Shown here: piece by piece, positions 25,801-37,644 of the stretch
How positions within the stretch are numbered: the stretch's first letter is position 1
How the letters are laid out: the number at the start of each line of letters is the position of its first letter
DNA from: Dimorphilus gyrociliatus
Lineage: Eukaryota; Animalia; Annelida
Direction: 5' to 3'
Assembly (NCBI GenBank): GCA_904063045.1
Contig: CAJFCJ010000019.1
Location: 558,001 to 622,000 of the forward strand
DNA: 64,000 bases
Program-made: the position numbers and the translations under genes
Notes under the pieces: model-generated
Told to the model about the DNA's origin: nothing
Database searches by the model: none
What the model saw: the letters and a program-made list of their open reading frames with translations, nothing else

Positions 25801-27561
25801 TCTCTAACAAATGAAATAGCTAATAATACTGGTCAAGAAGATGCTTCTAATGTGACTGAAAGTGAAGAACCACACGAAATTGTTCAAAGATTAGTTTCTA
25901 CAGCAGATCGTTTAATATCCCCCGTATCTACAGAATCAGAGGACGAATTTGCATCAAATATCACGCGTAAAACTATATCTGAACCGGCTATTGATTTCTT
26001 AGCGAGTAATTCGGGACTGTTCCCACGAACCGTATCATTTGATTCATCACCTTCTAAAAAAACTAGAAAACGTAAAATTAAACGACCTTCAGCTAGAGAA
26101 GAGCCCGCGAGTGAGGCTGCATGGGACAGCTATCAAGATCCCCCATATCCTACTGTAACGGATGACGATGACGAGGAAAAATTGGATGATTGCACATTGA
26201 CCTGGGATTTTCCAAATAATGCAACAGAAATAGGCCCAGTATCACCTCGTCGTAGAAGCAGATCAGTAGCCATTCATCAGGATACAGATTCTGATAGGGA
26301 GGATTTAAAAGACGTTATCACGGAATCACGAAAACAGTTGGAAGTTCTTGAGAGGACACTTTCAGCCGACTGTATCATAGGCTTAAACGAGGTTAAAGCC
26401 ACGTGTAAGACTAATATAGAATGCTTAGATAATGTACTGGTTCATATGGATACCTCTGACGATCTTTCAGAGGCAAGTGATGATGTTAGACTATTAGTGT
26501 CTCGATGGAAACAATTACACAATGAAGCGAAACAAAAATTAAATATTTCTTTCTTAATGAAAGACGTACAACAAGTTCATCAGGTAATACAATCTACTAA
26601 TGACATTCTTGCCGTAACAAGTTTCGATACTCCTGAGGAGCTAGAAGATAATTTGAAGAGAATAGATACGGGTATAGTTGAAATTAACTCCAATTTGCAT
26701 CAACTTGATCAATTGGAACAAAGTTATAAGGAAAGCAACTCTATATGTGGCCAAATCGAACGAGAACTGAACTCTGCTAGAACTCAATTAAATGTGGCAG
26801 CCAAACAATCTTGGAATGCTCTTTGTAGTTTACAACAGCAATTGCACGCCTGGAAACGTCTGCAGGACGGTACGCAGCTCTTAACTTCTCAACTTGAAGA
26901 GCAACAACAAATATTGACCAATTTTGGGAATTCACTAAAATTACGGGCTGATTGTTACTCACCCTCCGACATGCAGAGTTTGCACAATGAAATTCAAGTG
27001 AGTATGTAACGTAAAATGTCGTAAATCAGGCGTAAGGAAACGCCTTCATATCGTGTGTGAGTGGAATTAGCCGTAACTAATACATTTCTCGTAAGAGAAT
27101 AAGAGCGTTACAGCTGCTACTATTTAAGACATAGCTTATCAATTTTAGCCGTAGTAACAGCCAGCTGTCACCTTAAATAAAAAATACATGATTTTTTTTA
27201 ACAGCAACTTAAGCAACAAATCGACCGCCATGATAACTACCTACAGCAGTTACGTCTTCTTGTAGAAGAAACGTCAACAACACGCAAAAGTAATTTTATC
27301 GTCATTGATGAATTAGACAAACAAGTTTCGGCAATGAAGCATAGTGTCGCTGTTGTTGACGTGGTTGTACAACAGAAGTCGACTCAAGCAGAATTGCCTT
27401 ACAAACGTTCTCCATTAGCACGATTTCTTAGATCATCTATGCCGATTCCATGCATCTTTATACTCTTCCTGGGAGTGGCTTATTTCATAGATCCATCATT
27501 AACGAATTCACTAACGTCATGGACAATGACTTACGAGCATATTGACGGTGCTGCCCAATAA
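16872..27561 (+). CDS. Klarsicht/nesprin-like outer nuclear membrane protein with spectrin-like repeats and a divergent KASH domain. Approximate exons 16872-16929, 17113-17279, 18540-18818, 18880-19217, 20339-20510, 21059-21260, 21319-21443, 23566-23792, 25369-26999, 27206-27561
   Basis: Spectrin-like segments (YKELTDWLTNV, LLKKWLHKVEN|TLQKEIESQSSVIRAV, LEKRWHEVWLASLEWQFRLE); klar-like EAAWDSYQ; C-terminal RFLRSSMPIPC + TM + short lumenal tail; exon phases consistent; 5' exons less certain. Confidence 0.78.
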
Positions 27562-28836
27562 CTAATCTAACTTTAATGCTGAAAAACCTTTATCAAAGGA
27601 CGCTATGCATTTTGTTTTGTATATTTTCTTTATTTTTTCTATACTGTAACGTTGCTTTAAACGTACAGATCTCTTCTCTTTGTGTCTCAGTAAAACGAGA
27701 AAAGGGTGCTGAGCTCGTATTGACTTTATGTCAACATGGTTAAACATGTGCAAAACGTCCGTTTTAAATTTTATATTTCTTTTGCTGAGTGCGTTTTTTT
27801 TTATACTTAGGTTCCGCATTGGCCTAGTAGAAAAATTTTTTGGGATAGTTTGAAGAAATAAATATGAAAAATCAATAATTTAAACTTTATTACTCTCGTA
27901 CAATGAATTGCAGAGAGAAGCGTGCAAATCAATTTCTCTATATTATATTTAGTGTTTGCCTGTGAAAACAACATGGGTAGTTTTAATAATTCCAAGCAGA
28001 CGTAAATTACTTTTCTCTTTTTTTCACAGTACTGATCGATTTCGATTTGCAATAATCCATTAAGTTTCACCATTCAATATAATTGATATAATTTCCTTTG
28101 CCGACGCCTACATCACTTTTGCTTCTTGTAAAATGAAGAAGGGTGTCAAAGGTTAATAACGTTTCCGATATTTATAAAAGAAATATATCTTAGATTTTTC
28201 TAATGCCAATAATACTATATTATATACAATCTAAATTATCCTTTTAAGTATTATATTTCATTTTATTTCCATTAATCAAATTTTTTTTCGTGACTGACAA
28301 TTATTATTATCGAAAATTCCTCACGCTGATTTTTTACGTTATGAAAATTGAAAGAGAACAATAGGTAATGTTTAACAAAAAGAGGAGACTCCTACGATTT
28401 TCTCTTTTTTCTCTTTCACCCCCTCCCGCCCTTCCCCATCATCTATATGTTTGCTATAAAAGCTATAAAAGTTTATTACCAGCATAAAAACGAATATTCG
28501 ACATTGATTATCATAGTTTTATACGTGCTAATCTATTTTAATGTTCGTGCGGACAGCTATACTTATTTATAATGTAGTAGATTTAAATTTATTATGAATA
28601 TTCATAGACTTGATATAAAGTGATGTGAACAATAAACTGTCTTCAAAAGGTCAATCATTGTTTGCAAGAAAACTAATAGACAAGTCTTTGTTATTGATAA
28701 GAAAAAAGTTTGTTTGCAAAAGAATAATAAACATAAGTTTTGAAAATAAAATTGTAGCTTGTTATAACAGATAGATAGAATATCACATAAATGTAGGAAA
28801 GAGATTTTTTAACTTTAATAATAAAACGCTTTAATC

Positions 28837-30246
28837 TCATTCATTAGAAATTCTCTTAATCCCTCCAAATTTATCGTCTTCGATATTACTCAACTTTAAC
28901 ACCCAAGCCCATTTACAGGGGATTTCTGTGGGGGAGAGAGCCGGCATGTTCACGGCGACTCCACCTGTTGGATTCCTCGTCCAGCTAAACGTTTTTGAGC
29001 CTTTATAACCCAACATACTTATCGACATCCTTGAGGTATATGAAAGACTACCCAAAATCAATTTTCCATTTGCTGGCCATTTCAAAATAAAAACATAAAC
29101 GTTAGTTTGTTGATCCATTTTCCTGGCAACGTACCAAGCATCTTTATTAAGAGAATCATTCTGATGCTTCCATGGGAATGTTTCATAAACTGCCTCTCCG
29201 TTCACTTTCATCCAACTTCCAAACTGTCTTAATCTCTCTTCAAAAATTGGTATAATTTTTCCAGATTTGGTTGGCCCCACATTTACGAGAAAATTCCCAC
29301 CGCAACTTATTGTTCTTGCCAACAAAGTTAGTACTGATTCAATGGAATGAATTGAGTCTAGATTCATAGTTCTCCTATATCCCCAAGCTGACTTATCTAG
29401 TGGAAAATTATTTTCCCATTTGTGCCCTTGAAGTTTACCCGGATCGTATGCATCACTGCAATCCCAGAAACCTCCATGTTTGCATCTTGTTTCATTTCCC
29501 CATCTATCGTTTACTACAACTGTATCTCTAACTGGAGAATCGTTATAAAGCCAAGCAATAAACTCTGGACTCTTCCAATATTCAGAGGAAGCCTGCCATT
29601 CTCCATCAGACCAAATGACATCCGGCTTATATTTATTAACTAACTCATATAGCTCTGGAAGCGTTTTCGTGGTCACGAAATCTCTCGTTCTAAATCCGTT
29701 TGCCTTATCCTGTTCATAAAGTGGATTATACCATTCAAACATCGAATGATAGACTCCAAAATGCATTTTAGTATGTTTCCTAACAGCATCAGCTAATTCT
29801 CCAACTAAATCTCGCTTGGGTCCAACTGCCATTGAATTCCAGTTAAAAGAGTACTTGGATGGCCAATTGCAAAATCCTTCATGATGTTTAGAGACAAAGA
29901 CAATATAATGAGCTCCAGCGTCTTCAAAAAGTTTGGCCCATTCCGTTGCATTATAGAATTCGGCTGTAAAATCTCTTGCAAAATCAGCATAAGTCCAGTC
30001 TGGCCTGTAGTTATTTTTTATAAAATCAACACAACTTTTGCGACCTGAATTCCAACAGTTCCAAAACCATTCAGACGAGAAAGAAGGAACGGAAAATACG
30101 CCCCAGTGTATGAAAATTCCAATCTTTTGTTTATCATACCAATCGGGTAAAGGGCGTTTGTCTAAGGACTCCCAGTTTGGTTCATATCGTTTTCTGGCTG
30201 CAGAAACGGCCAAAAGCCCAAGAACTAGAACAAGGAATCTATTCAT
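28837..30246 (-). CDS. FUCA: Alpha-L-fucosidase (GH29), signal peptide, intronless CDS
   Basis: RYEPNWESLDKRPLPDWYD..KIGIFIHWGVFSVPSF, KHHEGF, IWSDGEW nucleophile motif, VVNDRWG, LVNVGPT. Confidence 0.97.
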   Translation of the reverse strand: MNRFLVLVLGLLAVSAARKRYEPNWESLDKRPLPDWYDKQKIGIFIHWGVFSVPSFSSEWFWNCWNSGRKSCVDFIKNNYRPDWTYADFARDFTAEFYNATEWAKLFEDAGAHYIVFVSKHHEGFCNWPSKYSFNWNSMAVGPKRDLVGELADAVRKHTKMHFGVYHSMFEWYNPLYEQDKANGFRTRDFVTTKTLPELYELVNKYKPDVIWSDGEWQASSEYWKSPEFIAWLYNDSPVRDTVVVNDRWGNETRCKHGGFWDCSDAYDPGKLQGHKWENNFPLDKSAWGYRRTMNLDSIHSIESVLTLLARTISCGGNFLVNVGPTKSGKIIPIFEERLRQFGSWMKVNGEAVYETFPWKHQNDSLNKDAWYVARKMDQQTNVYVFILKWPANGKLILGSLSYTSRMSISMLGYKGSKTFSWTRNPTGGVAVNMPALSPTEIPCKWAWVLKLSNIEDDKFGGIKRISNE

Positions 30247-30414
30247 TGAACTTTCTTTGAAGCACTATTAGAATGTAAGTTGAATTCTCTGCAAAAGAGT
30301 AATTAAAATATACTATAAATTGCCGATCTTACGGAAATGTTCTGAATTATACCTTTCTCCGGTTGATCCTCAATTATTTATCTGAATACTTGAAGCAAAA
30401 CATCAAGGGAGGAG

Positions 30415-30422
30415 GTCACGTG
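30415..30422. promoter_or_regulatory. CLEAR-like E-box GTCACGTG upstream of FUCA
   Basis: Motif read directly, ~170 bp upstream of the FUCA ATG; function inferred. Confidence 0.45.
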
Positions 30423-30971
30423 TTGTTATGAACGAAGTGGTTTAACAATTGTCCCTTTCTCATATAAATAAGACTGGTTCCAGATAATTCAAATGAAATT
30501 TAAAAACAAAATTAATAAGGCGCTATATTTTCTATATCAAGAAGCCCTAAGTCACACCTATAATCTATGGATTATATTTTAAAGCAAGATAAATTTGTCT
30601 ATTGGAATCCTTGAAAAGCAATTTTTTATTATATTTTGTTACAATACATTTTTATAGTCGTTGCATTTATAAAGAACCTATTATTAAACTTTGTTTAACT
30701 TTGTCTTTAAAATAAAATTCTAAAAGTAACAATAATGAACAATTCACTGTTTGAATACGTTTTAAAGCGCAGAATACGATACCTAGTTCTTTATGAAAAC
30801 TGGTAAAAAATACTAAGATTTAAACCGGTTTCTAATAGATAGGTTCCGTAGCTTTCGCTTGGAATAAAATATAACTTTGTGGGGGGAAGTCGAGCCTCAA
30901 CTGCCAGCCGTTTGCTTCTTTTCTGATTCTAAGTAATTTTAAAAATTAATTAATCTTTGCGTTAAAAGAAA

Positions 30972-33114
30972 ATGATTAGCCTCGAAACAGAAGAAGGTTT
31001 GTTCAACAGATACATAAATAATCATTTTGACTGTTATTGATAAACATTATTTGAAATTGTGACCATAATAGATATTTCCGAGGAGAATTTCAATCGGCAA
31101 ATATTTGAAATTAAAGATGAAATAACTGACGAACTGGAACGATATTATCTTCAGTTCCGATCAACAAGCCATCTAAAGATTTTGGATATGAAACAACGAG
31201 CCGAAAAAATGATAACTGAAATGCAAAATATGACAAATAGCTTAGAAACTGAGGTAAGAAATGAGGCTGTACATTGGAGAAATATTTATATTTCTGTTTT
31301 AACAGATGAAGGCTTCTGAAACTTCAAAAATCAAATCAGAACTAATATACAAGCAAAGAGAGCTGAAAGAATTGGATTTGATTTTGAAATATTGTGATAA
31401 ATTTGTTACAATTCATCACCTCCTTCAAAAATTCAGAGACCTCAATAAAAAAACAGACTACTTGGCAAGAGCTAAAACGTTAGATGAAATAAGAACTCTT
31501 TTAGAAAGTCCTGTATCAACAATTGATAACTCTCTTAATGTTATAAAAGCTATTGAAGAAACTTTAAATGATGAAAGCGATTCTTTAGAATCAGCTCTTC
31601 AAAAAGAAGTAGCAAAAAAGATCACATATGTGAAAGAGAAAGTTGGATCAATGGATCATCTAAAATTAAACGTTGAAAAAAATTGGGATGACTTTCAACC
31701 AATCGTAGAAAGCTTATATCATATTAACTGTATCCATTATTTAATTCTACCATTAGTAAATCTTTTTAAATACTTAATTATTCCTCACTTGGAGGGAAAT
31801 TTCCTACACATCGATGATGGTACTCAAAACTTAAGATTATCTATGACTGTCAATGAAAATAAAGGCAATGTTTGTTTAGAGAAACGCGTAAAGAAAATTT
31901 CGAATCTTATTCAAAGACTTTCCTCACTATGGAAGATGACAACGGGTGATAACGAAACAATAGGATATCAATTAAGTGAACACGTTAGCTCGAAGATTCG
32001 CCAGAGTTTGAAAAGGGCGTTTCATGATGAAGTACCAAGTGATAAGAGAGATTTGGGAAAATTCCAGTCAACTGTAGATTATGCCTTCCGCTTAATAGCA
32101 TTATTGGGGGATTTTGAACTGTGTACAGAAGAAGATTCAGTAGTTTTGAAAGCCTATATAGACTCGATAACTGAAATATGTGAAAGTAAGGAGAGAGACA
32201 TGTGCCTCTCCAAAATTCGATCATTTATCATGTCTTCTATTGAGTTAACTACTACAATTGAAGAAGGTGATAATTTTGATATGCCTCGTTGTGTAGTCAG
32301 TAAAGGTGTTCAACAAGCTGTTGAATTTATGAGGACCATCCAAGATGATCGAAAAATAAAAGGAATGCTTGAAATATGTTGTAATGTCGCTGAAAGTTGG
32401 AATAACAAGGAGGCTTTTAACTCAGCTGTTGCTCATAATAACTGCATGTATTTGGCTCATAATGTTTACATTTTGGAAATGGAATATTCTCAGGATTTAA
32501 TCTTAGATTATGTTCCCAGGTTTCGAGCCATTGCTTCCAAATGCTTATGCACTTCCATTAATAATCTGAGAAACATTATAACGAGTGCAATTAGAAATTC
32601 TAAGCTCCATGATCTAGGTGAGGAGAGCGGGGGGAAAACTAGTCGACAAGAAGCTCGAAAAAAAATTGATGAAGCCGTGGATGTCTTAATAAAAGTTAGT
32701 GGAGAATGTTGGCGTGACGTATTACCCGAAAATGTTCGATTGAGTCTTCTCGGAAATCTAGCCAATAATTTTGTCGCCAAATTATTGGACGAGATTCTCG
32801 CTCTTGATGATATTTCAGCAACTCATGGAACAGCTCTTCACGAAATTTGCAGTGGAGTTTTGTCTACCTTACCGTATGTTTTAGATGGGTCCGGTAATAA
32901 CATTGCAATTATGTACCAGAGGATTGATGCTTGGCCGAAATTAGAAAAGATAACATTTTTATTAGATGCATCACTCTTCGACATCACTCATCAATGGGCG
33001 GATGGAAAAGGACCTTTAGCTGAATTTTTAAATGCGACAGAAGTGAAGAAAATGATTAAAGCATTATTTCAAAACACTGATAAGAGAGCAGCTGTCTTAG
33101 CTCAAATACAATAA
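30972..33114 (+). CDS. ZW10: Centromere/kinetochore and NRZ tethering protein ZW10. Approximate exons 30972-30996, 31071-31252, 31306-33114
   Basis: AVAHNNCMYLAH; C-terminal LLDASLFDITHQWADGKGPLAEFLNATEVKKMIKALFQNTDKRAAVLAQI. Confidence 0.93.
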
Positions 33115-33266
33115 ACTAAGATTAAGTATGAAATTGTGTGTATAGTTCTACACCATGTTTTCGCTTCACGACATACCACCAAGCAAATAATAAACAAACG
33201 CAAAAGGTCTAAAAAGACTACAAATACAAATAAAAGGTCGATAACGTTTCCAACTTCATTAACACT

Positions 33267-34298
33267 TCAGTAACGTCGTTCTCTGTTGTATAAACAGAAT
33301 GAGAATAGAGGTGGTTGATAAGGCGTCCTTCAGCTTACCTATCTCTGCTGTTCCTATCACGTCGCGGAGAAATCGAGCGTCTAGGCGAGATTGACCTGTA
33401 TCAGAGAGAATATTTCATAGACCGTGATGCTTCATAAATTCGCTTAAATACGCAGTGCCGCCTGCAGCTTGCCTACTCGGTTAATTTTTCTACTCGAATC
33501 TTATAATCTCAGTGTAGGAGAAAGCGCGCCAAATGAGAGCGAGAGCAGGCTGCGTTGAGTCTGTTGTGCGAGCGCGAGAAATGTGACTGCGTTAATTGAG
33601 TCTTCGAGAAGGGCGGCGGTTGAGATTTTTTAAAATCGACACAAACACTATGATGTGTTTCAAGGATACCTGCGAAGAGGAGACCGAGGAGCAAAGTCCG
33701 GAGACGGTGGAGGTCTATCAGGATATCGAGCTCGTCGCGGACTGTTTCGAGGAGGCAGAGACGGTGAACGAGGACGATATAATGGTGATCTACTTCTACT
33801 GCGGCGAATTGGAGTTCTTTCACGTGGAGGAGGTGGAGGAGTATAACGATTTGGCCGACTATGGTAAGGAGAACGAGATCTCCGACGAGGTGATTCCCTC
33901 CTTCGTGGAGAACGAGGTCTGTAGGGAGAACGCCGAGATCCGTTTCTGTAGGGAACAGGTGAAAAACGACGGCTAAAATTCCTGACGGGCGAGAATCTTC
34001 GAGATCGAGGAGGTGAGTAACGTCTCGGTGGTAATTGTCGAGGCAAAGATAAACTGTCTTGGTTTTTTGCCATTTCTACTATCAGTTTATTGCCAAACAC
34101 TCGACGACCGTCTAACGCTCTTATAGCGTGTTCAGCGTCCCTGGAGTTTTTAAATATAACAAATCCGAAGCCTGGAGGATTCTGTGCTACCCAAACGGCA
34201 TCCAGATCTCCAAATCGACTAAATTCTTTTTCTACATCCTGTTTAAGAGTACTGGGATTCAAGTTGCCAATGTAGATCTTACGACCGCCTGTAGGCAT
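33267..34298 (-). CDS. SR splicing factor, SRSF3/SRSF7-like (one RRM + RS/SP domain). Exons 34298-33670, 33395-33339, 33282-33267
   Basis: RRM KIYIGNL..VWVAQNPPGFGFVIF..DAEHAIRALDG; RSP repeats; AG|GTATCC donor at 33669 joins in phase to SISPRRSISPRRDRNSRDR and then ERRY*. Confidence 0.9.
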
Positions 34299-34488
34299 TG
34301 TTTCTCGTGGTGGTTACGAAGAGTTTACTCTTTAAGACAACCAATTTTCTCTCATATAAAATACTTTTATAGACTGAAATATACATGTACTTGTTAAAAA
34401 ATTAATTATGTTTATTAATTAACACTTACCTGTGAACTTCACGATCCACTTAAACGTTATCGGCGAATTTTTTACCTTATGAAGCGCC

Positions 34489-34498
34489 CAAAATGGCG
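34489..34498 (+). promoter_or_regulatory. YY1-like motif CAAAATGGCG at the SR gene 5' end
   Basis: Exact motif read; the same 10-mer spans the THOC7 ATG (37641-37650); function inferred. Confidence 0.4.
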
Positions 34499-35650
34499 TA
34501 ACAACGGCGCCGAGACTTTTCGATACTTTGCGAGATATCACGGCATATCGCGATATTTTTAGAAATCGATTTATTCGATTTTACGACAAGTGTTTGATCG
34601 AATTTTTGAAAAGCGAAATGTTAGCGCTATTTCTCTTTAATTTAAAATATTGAAAATTTTTCGAATTTATAAAAAAAAACGGCTTAATCACGTAATGGTT
34701 AATTATATCCTAGCTAAAAAAGCAAACTATCACTCTTTCCTATTCAAATTTTCTGAAATAAAATAAAACAGTTTTTGAGCTTGGTAATTTGTTCGCGTTA
34801 AACATATATATCAATAAGTAGCTATTTCTTCCATAACATACATATTTATTCAATAAAATCGAAGGAAAAACTGTTTGGAAACTGAATAGTTCGGGAGTGA
34901 GTTTTATTGAGTAAAATAATCTATATTTTATAAGTTTCCCTTTGGGTATTTACTTTAGTTTCTAATTTAGTTCGACTAGTGAGGGCAGAATCTAATTGAA
35001 CGGTTGTTAATGTATAATACCTTAGCAATCATAGGCTTCAAAGAATATAATCATTGATAGTTTAGATTTTAAGAAATTATCCACACATGAATAAACAAAA
35101 CGGTAACTATGTATTTTAATATTCCGATATGGAAAAAGCTATTTAAATGTAGATATTTACAAACATTATGAGTTTGTAAACTGGTCAGTGATTAGGTCAC
35201 GCAAATACTTGTTTGATTTAAAAGAAACTTAAGCACTGCCCTAAATAATATTATAACTAAATTTGAAAATTTTCAACGTATGCACATTTTTTTTTTTGGA
35301 GAGCAAACGGTAAGCATTGATTCTTTCTTAGAGTTTTTGTTTAATAAAGAACATGTTCAAATTTACATAAGAGAAGTGAAAAATATACTCGGAAAAATTT
35401 CAGAAGACGTACAAATTATAAATTAACATGAACAATATTTATCCCTCGTAGAAAAAAAAACAATATGATAATCCCATTCTTATGAACGATATTTCGCTTC
35501 CTGTAAACAATCAACCTTTGTAAAATTCTTATAGACTCGATAGAGATCAATTAGTTTGAACTATCAACAGAGAAATATTTTCCATTCATTTTCTAGATTG
35601 TTTAACATAACAACTGTGTTTCCTGAAAATCCATCAGAGACTAGCATTAT

Positions 35651-37516
35651 TTAGTCAAGGCCTCCATCGTCTCTTGTCTGAAAAGCATTTCGTGCTCTAG
35701 AGAAGGACACTCTGAGATGAGCTGTCTCCGCAAGTTGGTAATCATGGAGATTCTATGTGTACGAAGTTGTTTTTATACTTTTTTTCACATTTTTTATTAA
35801 AAAACTCACTATAAGGGCAATAACTGCTTCTTCAATTGTATCCATTTGAACCAAGGCCATCTTGCGGTCTTTTCTGTCCCGATCCTTGCCACTGGAAGGG
35901 AAAAATAATTTACCTCAACTTCAAATAATTTAAATGGAAAAAAAATGTCAACTAACGGTAAAAATTTAAAATCCCTTATTGATCCATATTGAGAGAGTAG
36001 TTCTCTCATTCCTCTTTCATCCGTATCGCCAGCAATGTTTGATAAGTGAAGAGTTGTAGATGGTGGATAGATATTATGATGATTTTTAGAATGCGTTTTT
36101 CTAAATCTATGCAAATGAGACCCACTGTAGTCCCTAGTTAAATGTGCTTCGGGTAGGCCATCTTTCGGCATCTGAATGGTTCTGTGCTTTGATTGATTGA
36201 TACGAATTTGTCGTCCCCATATTTTTAAGTTATTTAAATGTTGAATAGCTAAGTCGGCTCCATTTGAATCCGTAAATTGAATAAGGGCAGTATCTTTCTT
36301 TTGGTAGAGCACTTTCACGCGAAGGACATCACCATAAACACCTACATAAAATAATATGCATATTTTATTATATCCTATTCTTATTGTTCAAAATTAAACC
36401 TACCAAACAGAGTAAATAAATAATCCGGCGTAACAATCTAAAATAAAACAAATAAAAAAGTTTTAGAGAGCCAATTAATTATTAAAACATCCACTTACTT
36501 CGTCATTCAAATTCGAAACAATTACAACAGAGTTCTCACTACCAGAACCGTCTCTATCTCTGTACCTAGAATCAATATCAGGTCGCATGCCTCTTGGTGC
36601 ATCGTATCTGTCTCTATCTCTATCATAATCTTCTTCACCAGACGGTAGGCGCTTTGTAAAATCCCTGGTTTTATCATTATTATATTTAATACTAAGACCA
36701 GTCATTTTTGAAAATTCTATTCTGAGCGTACAGCAGCCGTTATAAATGTTTTCACCGTCTAACTTTAGTAAAGCAACTTGAGCTGATAGGGGATCAGCCA
36801 TTTCTATGAGAGCTTGAAATTGGTTTGGAAATTCTGTAATAAAGAAAATTATTAATACTTATATTAATTCCCAAATAAGAAAATTTACTATTTTTGTTGA
36901 AAGCAACCATTTTGTGTACTTCACCATGTTTCGAAAAAACTTCATACAGAGTGTCGATATTCACAGGGAAATTAGTATGATCAACAATTACACGGAGAAT
37001 TTTCTTTTCATGAACATCAGGTGATAATTCTAATGTACACTTCTTTTCATATTCGATAACTTTCAAGTGTCGGGCTGCTTGCAGGGCTGCCTCAGCTCCA
37101 AAATTACCACCCGAATCCGTTTTCATTTCTTTACGGTTACTAAATTGAACATAAATCTGTCTACCTTTCCGTATTTCGGGCTTTCGGTTGTAATAATCTA
37201 CAAGTCTCTTAGCACTTTCTAAATCGGATAGTTCTAAAATAGCTTGATTTTTCTTCTTTACTAAAACCAAATTAGTAAGATCTCCAAATGGCTTTCCGAG
37301 ATTGATAACATCCAATTCGGTAGCTTCAGAAGGTAATGAGCGAAAATGCACAACCCTGGAAGGCTCATTTGATTCACCTTCCTCTAATTTAGTCTTTTTC
37401 AATCCAGAATCATCAGCCGGTTCGACTTTCTCTTGCGGTGAAACATCGGCAGTTCGCTAAATGCATCAGAAATACATACAATTTTAGAGTAATTAATAAA
37501 AATACTACACCTTCAT
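35651..37516 (-). CDS. PTBP: Polypyrimidine tract-binding protein (four RRMs), multi-exon
   Basis: RRM1 [10 protein letters not shown]; RRM2 [31 protein letters not shown]; RRM3 [33 protein letters not shown]; RRM4 [29 protein letters not shown]. Confidence 0.95.
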
Positions 37517-37644
37517 TTTAACTGCCTATTTCGTAAACCTTGAAGCATGAGATAAATCCGGAAACCGATTCTGCAAGCTGAATGAGATTTCGTGGTACAG
37601 AACGAGACCGGCGTAAGGTGGTCACATGGTCCGGTATTTTCAAA

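Noticed and set aside
27559-27570. Stop-codon readthrough or extra exon restoring a KASH PPPX end
   Set aside because: Readthrough adds only xLI*; no downstream spliceable Pro-rich exon found
33596-33976. 126-aa acidic ORF (and 33655-33846) antisense to the SR gene
   Set aside because: Shadow of RS/SP codon repeats (TCT/CCT/CGx read as Glu/Gly/Arg on the other strand); no independent signals
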